Made by a program: the position numbers and the translations under genes. A model generated the notes under the pieces. The model saw only the letters and a program-made list of their open reading frames with translations, did not search any database and was not told the DNA's origin. From contig OZ024741.1 in NCBI GenBank assembly GCA_964016885.1, forward strand, positions 217,496,001-217,560,000: a stretch of 64,000 bases of DNA, given 5' to 3'. Positions 40,701-52,084 of the stretch are shown here, in pieces. The stretch comes from Eledone cirrhosa (taxonomy: Eukaryota). Position 1 is the stretch's first letter; each line of letters starts with the position of its first letter.

Positions 40701-43700
40701 TAACCACTTTACAGGGTGGGCTGGGTACTTTTGGTTGTGACTCCTACACGACCACTTTACAGTGTGGGCTGGGTACTTTTTTTCGTGGCACCTATCCGAC
40801 CATTTTACAGTGTGCGCTGCATGCTTTTTGTCGTGACACCTACACGACAACATTACAGTTTGGTCTGCGTTCTTTTTGTTGTGACGCCTGCAGTGTGGGC
40901 TGGGTACTTTTGGTTGTGACTCCTACACGACCACTTTACAGTGTGGGCTGGGTACTTTTTTTCGTGGCACCTATCCGACCATTTTACAGTGTGCGCTGCA
41001 TGCTTTTTGTTGGGACTCCTACATGACCACTTTACAGTGTTGGCTGGGTGCTTTTGGTCATGTGACCAACATGACGACTTTATAGTGTGAGCTGGGTGTT
41101 TTTTGTTCGGACTCCTACATGACCACTTTACAGTGTCGGCTGGGTGTTTTTTTTTTGTGACTCCTATATGACCACTTTGCAGTGTGGGTTGTGTACATTT
41201 TTTCGTGGTACCTAGACAACCATTTTACAGTGTGGGCTGGCTGCTTTTTGTTTTTACTCCTGCACAACCACTTTACAGTGTGGGCTGGGTGCTTTCTGTT
41301 GTGACACCTACATGACCACTTTACAGTGTGTGCTGGGTACTTTTTGTTGTGACTCCTACATGACCACTTTACAGTGTGGGCTAGGTGCTTTTTGTTTAGC
41401 AGACCAACATGACTACTTGAAAGTGTGGGCTGGGTGCTTTTTGTTGGGACTCCCACATCACCACTTTACAGTGTGAGCTATGTGCTTTTTGTCATGTCAC
41501 CTACAGGACAACTTTACAGTGTGGGCTGTGTGCTTTTTGTTGTGACTCCTATATGACTACTTTGCAGTGTGGGCTGCGTACATTGTTTCGTGGCACCTAC
41601 ACAAGCATTTTACAGTGTGGGCTGGCTGCTTTTTGTTGTGACACCTACACGACCACTTTACAGTGTGGGTTAGGTGCCTTTAGTTGTGGCACCTACACGA
41701 CCACTTTACAGTGTGGGCTGGGTGCTTTTTGTTGGGACTCCTACATGACCACTTTACAGTGTGGTCTATGGGCTTTTTGTTGTGACACCTACATAACCAT
41801 TTTATTGTGTGGGCTGTGTGCTTTTTCTCATGACACCAACACAACCACTTTACAGTGTGGGCTGTGTGCTTTTTCTCGTGACACCTACACGACAACATTA
41901 CAGTTTGGTCTGTGTGCTTTTTGTTGTGACCCCTGCATCACCACTTTACAGTGTAGGCTGGGTGCTTTTCGTTTAACAGACCAACATAACTACTTTACAG
42001 TGTGGGCTGTGTGCTTTTTGTTGTAACACCTACATGACCACTTTATAGTGTGGGGCTGAGTGCTTTTTATCGTGGCACCTACACGGCCACTTTACAATGT
42101 GGGCTGGGTACATTTTTTCGTGGCACCTAGGTGCTTTTTGTCGTGGCGCCTACACGACGACTTTACAGTGTGGGCTGGGTGCTTTTTGATGGGACTCCTA
42201 CATGTCCACTTTACAGTGTTGGCTGGGTGCTTTTTGTCGTGACATCTACACGACAACATTACAGTTTGGTCTGTGTGCTTTTTGTTGTGATGCCTATATG
42301 ACCAAAGTATAGTGTGGGCTGGGTGCTTTTTGTCATGACACCAATACGACCACTTTATAGTGTGGGCTGGGTGATTTTTGTTGTGACACCTACATGACCA
42401 CTTTATAGTGTGGACTGGGTGCTTTTGTTGGGACTCCTACATGAACACTTTACAGTGTGGGCTGGGTGATTTTTGTTGTGACACCTACATGACCACTTTA
42501 CAGTGGGGCTGAGTGCTTTTTCTCATTGCACCAACACGACCACTTTACAGTGTGGGTTGGGTACATTCGTGGCATCTACACGATTATTTTACAGTGTGGG
42601 GTGGGTGCTTTTTGTTGTGACTCCTACACGACCACTTTACAGTGTGGGCTGGGTGCTTTTTTTTGTGACTCCTGGATGACCACTTTACAGTGTGGGCTGG
42701 GTGCTTTTTGTTGGACTCCTACATGACCACTTTACAGTATGGGCTGGTTGCTTTTTGTTGTTACTCGTACACTACCACTTTAGAGTGTGGGCCGGGTGCT
42801 TTTTGTTGGGACTCCCTCATGACCACTTTACAGTGTTGGCTGGTCGCTTTTGGTCATGTCACCAACATGACCACTTTACAGTGTGGGATGGGTGCTTTTT
42901 GTTGTGACACCTACATGACAACTTTACAGTGTGGGCTGTGTGATTTTTGTTGTGACACCTATATGACTACTTTGCAGTGTGTGCTGTGTATATTTTTTTA
43001 GGCGGCTATTTTACAGTGTGGGCTGGCTGGTTTTTGTTGTGACTCCTACACGACCACTTTACTGTGTGGGCTGGGTGCTTTTTGTTGGGACTCCTACATG
43101 ACTACTTTACAGTGTGGGCTGTGTGCTGGGTGTTTTTGTTGGGACTCCTACATGACCATTTTACAGTGTGGGCTGGGTGCTTTTCGTCATGGTGCTTTTT
43201 GTTGTGACTCCTACACGACCGCTTTACAGTGTGGGCTGGGTGCTTTTTGTTGTGACTCCTACACGACTACTTTACAGTGCGGGCTGGGTGCTGTTAGTCA
43301 TGGTGCCTATACGACCACTTTACGACGGGTGCTTTTTGTTGGGACTCCTACACGACCACTTTACAGTGTTGGCCGGGTGCTTTTTTCATGACACCAACAA
43401 GAGCACTTTATAGTGTGGGGTGGGTGCTTTTTGTTGGGACTCCTACATGAACACCTTACAGTGTGGACTGGGTGCTTTTTGTCGTGACACCTACACGAAA
43501 ACTTTACAGTGTGGGTTGGGTACATTTTTTCGTGGCACCTACACGATTATTTTACAGTGTGGGGTGTGTGCTTTTTGTTGTGACTCCTACATAACCACTT
43601 TACAGTGGGGCTGAGTGCTTTTTCTCGTGGCACCTACACGACCACTTTACAGTGTGGGTTGGGTACACTTTTTCGTGGCACCTACACGATTATTTTACAG

Positions 43701-45050
43701 TGTGGGGTGTGTGCTTTTTGTTGTGACTCCTACATAACCACTTTACAGCGTGGGCTGGGTGCTTTTTGTCGTCCCACCTACACGACCACTTTCCAGTGTG
43801 CTCTGGGTACATTTTTTCGTGGCACCTACACGACCATTTTACAGTGTGGGCTGGCTGCTTTTTGTTGTGACTCCTACACGACCACTTTACATTGTGGGCT
43901 GGGTGTTTTTGTTGTGACTCCTGCATGACCACTTTACAGTGTAGGCTGGGTGCTTTTTGTTTAGGAGACCTACATGACCACTTTGCAGTGTGGGCTCTGC
44001 TTTTTGTCATGACACCTACATGACTACTTTACAGTGTGGGCTGGGTGTTTTTTCTTGTGTCTCCTACACGACCACTTTACAGTATGAGCTAGGTGCTTTT
44101 AGTCGTGGTGCCTACATGACCAGTTCACAGTGTGGGCTGGGTACTTTTTGTTTGGATTCCTACATGACCACTTTACAGTGTTGGCCGGGTGCTTTTTGTT
44201 ATGACACCAACATGACCATTTTACAGTGTGGGCTGTGTGCTTTTTGTTATGTCACCAACATGACCATTTTACAGTTTGGGCTGGGTGGTTTTTGTTGTGA
44301 CTCCTACATGACCACTTTGGAGTGTGGGCTGTGTGCTTTTTGTTGTGACTGCTACATGACCACTTTACAGTGTGGGCGGGGTGCTTTTTGCTTGGACTCC
44401 TACATGACCACTTTACAGCGTGGGCTGGGTGCTTTTCATTGCGGCTCCTACACAACCACTTTACAGTGTGCTCTGGGTACATTTTTTCGTGGCACCTACA
44501 CGCCCATTTTACAGTGTGGGCTGGCTGCTTTTTGTTGTGACACCTACACGACCACTTTACAGTGTTGGCCGGGTGCTTTTTGTCATGCCACCAACATGAC
44601 CACTTTATAGTGTGGGCTGGGTGCTTTTTGTTCGGACTCCTACATGACCACTTTACAGTGTGGGCTGGGTGCTTTTTGTTGTGACTACTACATTACCACT
44701 TTACAGTGTTGGCCTGGTGCTTTTTTTTATGACTCCTACATGACCACTTTGGAGTGTGGGCTGTGTGCTTTTTGTGGTGACTACTACATGACCCCTTTAC
44801 AGTGTGGGCTGGGTGCTTTTCGTTGCGGCTCCTACACGACCATTTTACAGTGTGGGCTGCGTGCTTTTTGTTGTGACTACTACATTACCAATTTACAGTG
44901 TTGACTGGATGCTTTTTGTTGTGACTGCTACATGACCACTTTACAGTGTTGGCCGGGTACCTTTTGTCCTGGTACCTACACGACTACTTTACAGTGTGGG
45001 CTGGCTGCTTTTTGTTGTGACACCTACACAACCACTTTACAGTGTGGACT
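28736..45050. repeat. 48-bp satellite, ~340 units, with 2663-bp and ~7.4-kb higher-order duplications
   Basis: Consensus CACTTTACAGTGTGGGCTGGGTGCTTTTTGTTGTGACACCTACATGAC; identical ORF-track peptides recur at offsets 2663 and 7426-7522. Confidence 0.97.
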
Positions 45051-45093
45051 GCCAATAATAATTGATTTTCCATTGGTTTTGTTTTTTTCCTAG

Positions 45094-45271
45094 GTATGTA
45101 AAAGAGATGCAGTTATTTCAAAGTTTAATGAACAGTCCTTCAAAGAAGCAACAGCGTCAGAAACAACAACAGTTCAGCCGATGGGAACGTTGTACAAACA
45201 GCTGCCTATGTTTCAGTCGACGGCATAGTCACAGTAGCATGTCCGACCCCTTGGAATTACCTAATAGTTGA
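45094..45271 (+). CDS. RhoBTB: RhoBTB terminal coding exon
   Basis: Acceptor TTTTTTTCCTAG ending 45093; phase 2 completes HRWPPEW-YVKE, matching the RhoBTB HRWPPxWYxKE motif; stop TGA 45269-45271. The five exons sum to an in-frame length. Confidence 0.88.
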
Positions 45272-46232
45272 CCTTTGCTATGTCCACTCGCTCACCCACA
45301 AGAACTACTACTACCTACCTAACAGTTGATCAACAACGACGACTTCTGCTTTCCATCTTAAATACAACTGACACTGCTGTTTGTTTGTTCGCTGTTATTT
45401 TTATGTAGTAGTTTTTGTTGTTTTGTTGTTATTATATTTATGTTTATTTAATCGGCTGTTATTTATTTATTTGTTTGTTTATTTATTTATTTATCTATTT
45501 ATTTATTTATTTGTTTTTTAAAACTTTTTTTGCATCACAAAGAATATTTTGAGGCCTTCAGTCTTTGTAGTTATTGGTGCATATATCTACATATATATAT
45601 ACATATATACATACATATATACATACATACATACTTACATACATATATATACATATATACATACATATATATATACATATATACATACATATATATATAC
45701 ATATGTACATATATGTGTGCATGTATGTACATATGTATGTGCAATTATACTTACATGCATGCATACATTCATATATGCATATATACATGCATATATATAC
45801 ATATATAAATACATACACAGATATACATACACACATCTAATGATGGTATCCATACACACATACATATTCACACACGTATACTTAACTGTTCTATTCTGAT
45901 GATAACCAGTACCAAACTCTAATGGCTATGAGAGAGAGAGAAAGAGACAGCTAACCTCGGTTATTTCCCCTTGGTTAATTTCTAATCTAGATCAATCAGC
46001 AATGCACCCCAACCTTTTTCTTTGAAGGCGGTTTATAGACTTCCTATGGTAAACCTATGGACCACCAAATATAGATTTAACATTAACTCTTAACATCCAG
46101 TTCCACATGAAACCACATTGGCAAGACATTCTTGTAAATTACAAAACATTACTATGACTGCGTCACATTAAAAATTAATGCTTTTATGGTAAAACTGAAA
46201 ATTTTCACAATAATTTGGTGACCCAACTATAG

Positions 46233-46500
46233 GACACATCATTAGTGATGTACCCTGAGTTACTGGGTGTTTTGAAAGGTCTTACAGCATAGTTACACTC
46301 ATCCAGATGGTTATCTACATACAAGACACATCATCATTGTTGTATCCTGGAGTCACTGGATGTTTCAGAGGGTCTTACAGCATAGTCACCTCATCCAGAT
46401 GACTCAACTACAAGACACATCGATAGCGTTGTACCCTGGAGTCACTGGGTGTTTTGGATGTTCCTACAACATAGTCACCTTCGTCCATATGGTAACCCAA
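46233..46500. repeat. ~90-bp tandem repeat, 3 copies
   Basis: GACACATC at 46233, 46325 and 46414 with shared downstream sequence. Confidence 0.85.
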
Positions 46501-47611
46501 CTGAGGTTGATCAAATCTCAGCCTGTGTCTCAGTGACATAAAACTGACCGCACTGGTCACTTTTATTCAGCCATAGCCATCGAGATGCTTCCATGATTTT
46601 GATGGCTCTCCTCCTGCTTGCTCCCATAATATCCAGAGTTCCGTAGGCTTTACCAAAGAAACAATTACATTATACAAGACAATGATTATAATGAACACAG
46701 TAGGACATAGATACTTTAAATTAGAACATTAATCATTCACTGGATACATCTTTAATTACATTATGCCAAAATAGGATATAAAATTCACCCACTACACTCT
46801 GTAAAATAAGTGATGTTAAGAAGGACATACCAATGTTTAAAACATATGACAAAGACATGATTCTCTGACCTGAAGCGTCTTGGACTGTGATAATCCATCC
46901 AATCCATACCAGCATGGAGCACAAACATAAAATGATTTGATGATGGTGATAATTCAATATGCCAAGACAGTAGAGACTAAAAACTCATTATGGTCCACTT
47001 AAACTTTGGTATAAACTACTGGTGGCCCAGAAACCATATATATAATATAATATAATTGTTTCTAATATAATATAATGTAATATAACAAGCCAGACAATTA
47101 GATATCGCCTAGGGTCACCGATTTCCACACACTCAATGATTTCACAAAAATTGTATGTTGCAAATACGAATTTGCGTATCAGAGCGGACACAATATGTTA
47201 CATAGTGGATATATATATATATATATAAAATCAAGGGAGTGTAAACACAGAAAATATCTTTAAAAATAATATATAAATTCCAAAAAATTCACTGTACTTA
47301 CTGTATGTTCCCTTCCTGCGGTTTCAGATCCCAAACAAATAGATAATCCAAGCAGATTTTCATTGAGAAAGAGATCATCATCAGAAGGCTTTTCTCTCTT
47401 GGAGAATATAAAATTCCTGAGTTAAAATTACGAACTGGCGCTATCCCAAACTGCTTCAGAATGAGAGCAAATGAATGATGAAACAGTTTTGTCATGGTAC
47501 CGTGTGCAAAGGCAAAAAGCATGGTGGACAGGTCAATCCTGTGCTGCTAAAAATAGCAGCCATTCAAACGATCAAAGGTTTCTCTACCATTTGGGAGAAT
47601 ATATATATATA

Positions 47612-47800
47612 TAATTATGTAACAAACAACATAAGACAATTATTCCACGAACGATTTCAGACGTCTGTGTCGAGCTCGTCTGTCTTCGTGAAACCTTTGG
47701 TAAATGGAATAATTGTCTTATGTTGTTTATTACATAATTAAATAGCTCTGTAGCATACATAGAGCACTCTCTTTTCCTTTACCTTTCCTACGGAAACACT
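47612..47800 (+). mobile_element. Miniature fold-back PLE-derived insertion, relative of 12013-12235
   Basis: Arms 47612-47647 / 47705-47740; tail to ~47800 similar to the reverse complement of 12013-12070; GAAACCUUUGGUA hammerhead 3' half. Confidence 0.7.
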
Positions 47801-48084
47801 TTATATATACATATATATATATTTGAGAAACAAGAAGAATGACTTCAATGGGGGTTGATGTTCTTTAATCAACTACCAAAATAAGTCATTATACTCTTTT
47901 TTCAAATATATCTTACTGTACCAAGGAATTTCCTTCATTTTCCACTATATATATGTTTATATTACAATAATCAGTGTTGGTTGATCCAGGTTTTCAGTCA
48001 TAATGATGTAAACAGACAGAAGCCCTTCACGCCATGGGTACCATGAGGTATTACATATATGGTATTAAACAGAGTATCAATATT

Positions 48085-48854
48085 AAGAAAAGGAAGAGAC
48101 GGTATCACTCATTCAATATCAGTTTATTTAAATACATCATCCTGTTATGTATATTTCAAAGGCATCAAAAGTTTGTTTTTCAACAATTATCCAATGTAGT
48201 GCTATTAAGATAGGAGTTTAAATGTAAATAAAAATAAAGTTTTGTTTTTGATATGCCTGCCATTGAAGAGATGTTTACATTTCAATATCTGGCAAGTATA
48301 TGTTGAACAAACTCTAGTGCTGGAAAGACAGGGGAGTGGGTGCTACTATGGTATTAGTAGGTGGTGAAAGTAGGTCAGTGCACTAAAAAGAGACAGGCTA
48401 TTCAACCTATGGTCAATCATTTTGGTTCTTAAAGCGTTATAAAACAGTTGAGAAATCTATTTTTATCAGTAAGCTCTGAGAGAATGGCAACAGTTATCCT
48501 ACTCCTATCACTATCATGTTATTGTTGCTAAGTCTATGGAGCATGCTCATAGCTTATATAGATGACCATGATTCATAGACTAAGCTACACTAACATGTTA
48601 GTGATAGGGGTAAGATGAGCATTGTCACCCTCTCAGAACTAACAATAGATAAAAATAAAAATAGATAAAAAATAGATTAATCAACTGTTTTATACACCCG
48701 TAAGAACCAGAATGATTGACCATAGATTGAATAGCTTGTCTTCTTTTCGTGCAGGAAATAACAAACTTTTGATGCCTTTGAAATGTACATAATGGGATAA
48801 TGTAATGAAATAAACTGATGTTGAATATGTGATACCATATCTCTTCCTTTTCTT
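48085..48854. repeat. Nested inverted repeats
   Basis: Outer arms ~48085-48178 / 48760-48854; inner arms ~48438-48540 / 48572-48694. Confidence 0.75.
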
Positions 48855-49649
48855 TATATATCTATATATATATATATGTATGTGTGTATATATGTATATA
48901 TACAAAGACCCAAATTATATTATACCAACAGAATAAGGACATCTGATTTACCACTGCCATTTTTCTTGCCTTCTTCTTTCTTTCATTTTCCTTATTTCCT
49001 TGTTTGTTTCTTTCTTTCTTCATTCCTTTCTGTTTTCTTTATTTGTTGTTTTCTTCCTGTTTGTGTTTTTCTTCTTTTTATTTCCATTTACAGTACAGTA
49101 CCACCTGTGTTGTACAGTTTCACTGTTATTTAAATACAATTACACACATACATATATACACATAGCACACATACATTTACTCGCACACAAATACATGCAC
49201 ACACACACACACACAGATATACACATGCACACACACACAGATATACACATGCACATACACACATACATAGCACACACACACACACACACACACACACATG
49301 CACCACACACTAGCACACATGCCCCCCCCCACACACACACATATACATGCCCACATGCACATACAATCACACACTCTCAGACACACATACTTAGACACAC
49401 ACTTATAGACAATCAAACTAACATGAACAAATAAATGAGGAGTCCTCAATGTGGTGACTCAACCTGTTAGAAATAGCAGTCAAAATCCCCTCACATCACT
49501 CCAGTACTACCATCTTAAATAACTACAGCACATAGTCAACAATGTAGTTTTAGACATAAATATGAAGTAGTGAGGATGGTCATGGCTGGATTGCCTTTGA
49601 TCATTGGTCTGCTATGTCATGGTTGACTTGGGGCTAAACCACGACAAAA

Positions 49650-50160
49650 ACACTAATACCACCATCACCACCACAACAGCAATACCACCATGACCACCAC
49701 TACAACCACTACAACAACAACTATAACAACCACCACGACTACAACAACCAACACCACCATTACAATCACTACCACCACAACAATCTCTATCACTACTGCC
49801 ACCACACAACAGCAACCATAAAGACCACCACTACTACTCCAAACCTCACCACCACTACTACATCAAACCTCACCACCTCTACACTACCACCACAACAACC
49901 ATAAAATCACCACTACTACAACATCAAGCCTTACTACCACTACACTACCACCATAACAACAACCACCACCACTACTACTACATCAAACCTCACCACCACT
50001 ATACTGCCACCACAACAACAACAACCAGCACATTAACAACCACCACAACAATTACTATCATGATAACAACAACCTTCACAACATCATCACAACTACAACA
50101 ACCATCACTGCCACTACAACAACGACAACCACCTATACCACAATGACAACAACTCAAACA
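49650..50160. repeat. Degenerate (CAC/CAA/CTA)n trinucleotide tract
   Basis: Seen directly. Confidence 0.85.
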
Positions 50161-50219
50161 AGCACAGGTGTGTCTCTGAATCAAGCTAATTCAATATCCA
50201 GGTAATGTACATTGAAAGC

Positions 50220-50812
50220 ATAGGTACTGTAGTTCAACTCTGAGTGATTCTGGTTCAAATCCCAGGAACTGTAGTTCAAGTCCTAGTGACTGTAGCTCAA
50301 CTCTTGGCTACTGTATGTAGTTCAACTCCTAGGGGCTGTAATTGAGTACCTAGGTACTGTAGCTCAACTCCTAGGTACTGTAGTTCAATACCCAGGTATT
50401 GTAGTTCAAGTCCTAGGTTTGTAGCTCAACTCCTAGGAACTGTATGTAGTTCAACTTCCAGGGGCTGTTGCTCAACTCCTAGAACCTATAGTTCAACTTC
50501 TAGATGCTGTAGTTCATCTCCTAGAGTCTCTAATTCAACCCCAGGAACTGTTTCTCAACTCCCAGGTATTGTAGTTCAATACCCAGGGACTATATTTCAA
50601 CTTCTAGTGACTCTAGTTCAATACTCAGGGACTGTAGTTCAACTCTTAGTGATTCTAGTTCAACTCCTAGGGTCTCTAGTTCAATATATAGGGACTGTAG
50701 TTCAACTCCTAGGGAGAGCAGCTCAACTCCTTGATGACTATAGTTCAACACACAGGTACTGTAGTTCAAATTCTAGGAACTGTAGTTCAATTCCTAGATG
50801 ACTATAGTTCAA
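50220..50812. repeat. Degenerate 21-bp minisatellite
   Basis: Unit approximately GTACTGTAGTTCAACTCCTAG. Confidence 0.88.
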
Positions 50813-50942
50813 TCTCTTTAAAGAATGATTTATAAAACTTTATTTTTATTGTAAATGAAAAAAATTATAATATCAGCTTGATGTTTTCTTTTTCTTTAAA
50901 ATGATTGCGTGGAGATATGTACTTATAAATAAATATATATAC

Positions 50943-50976
<34 letters not shown>

Positions 50977-51734
50977 ATACTTATATATATACACATACAC
51001 ACACATATATACATACAACCATATATATATATATATAAACACACGCACATATATATCCACTAGTATTCTACCTAATTAAGGTAGGACCTATAACACTGTT
51101 AGAACTCAATGTAGTATAGATATGAATACCTCATCGAAACAACGTGGAATCTGTTTTTGTGGAAAAATGGTATCTTATATGTTGTTCAATATTCAAAAAA
51201 CTACAGTCGGATATATTGGTTGAACAATGAAAACAAAGAATTATGTGGTTCAATGTTTAAAATGAACCATGATAATTGAATGATGAAATCTTCGGAAAGC
51301 CAGTGTAGCGCACTAGAAATGTATAAAGAGTAAAGGATGACAAATAAAATAAAACAAAGTAATGTTTTTTACCCAGTATATTTCGGGGTTAGGAGCCTCT
51401 TTTCAAATGTGTGGAGCAGTCATAAAAGCTTCTATGGAAGAATGCATAGTTTTTGTTTTGCATTTGAGAAGAGTGTTATAACTCTGAAATATCATGTTGA
51501 AATATACTGGATAAAAAGCATTGTTTTGTTTTACTTGTCATCCTTCATCCTTTGTATATTTCTCCTGTATTGTGCTGGCTTTCTGAGGTTTCCATTATTC
51601 AGTTATTACATGTCTCACACTGCTTCATATTAACTATACAGCCATGATAATATCGATCTATTGACTAATCAATAGCAGTTATGTAACTCCATATATTAGA
51701 CTTGACAAAATACGTCCATCTCACTGTTTCTCCT

Positions 51735-52020
51735 CAGTTCAACTTTGCCTTTCATCTTTCATTGATGACAAAGTACCAAACCAGTACTGGGGGGCCAATT
51801 CTTCCTCCGGCATTAACTTTAGCTTTCATCCTTTCGAGATCAATAAAGTACCAGCCTTCTACAGGGGTCAATTCTTCCTCTGAAGTCAACTTTGCTTTTC
51901 ATCCTTCCTATGTTGATAAATAAAGTACCAGTCCTGTACTGAGGTCGAGTCTTTCTCTGAGGTCAACTTTGCCTTTCATCCTTTCGTGGTCAATAAATAA
52001 AGTACCAGTCCAGTTCTGGG
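51735..52020 (+). repeat. Four tandem copies (~73 bp) of the second-family SINE core
   Basis: CAACTTTGCCTTTCATC..AAAGTACCA repeated four times. Confidence 0.8.
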
Positions 52021-52084
52021 ATTCTTTCTTTCTTTGGAATGAATTAGCTGGGAGGGATAGGCTCCACTAATTTTAAAATGCACA

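Noticed and set aside
28749-44904. Cys-rich 16-aa repeat ORFs (MTTLQCGLGAFCCDSY) suggesting a keratin-associated or metallothionein-like protein
   Set aside because: The 48-bp unit is SINE-derived, frames break often by stops and indels, and the array lies inside a phase-consistent RhoBTB intron.
51100-51640. Faint resemblance of ORF 51337-51633 to a PLE GIY-YIG region
   Set aside because: Too degraded to support by eye; needs a translated HMM search.
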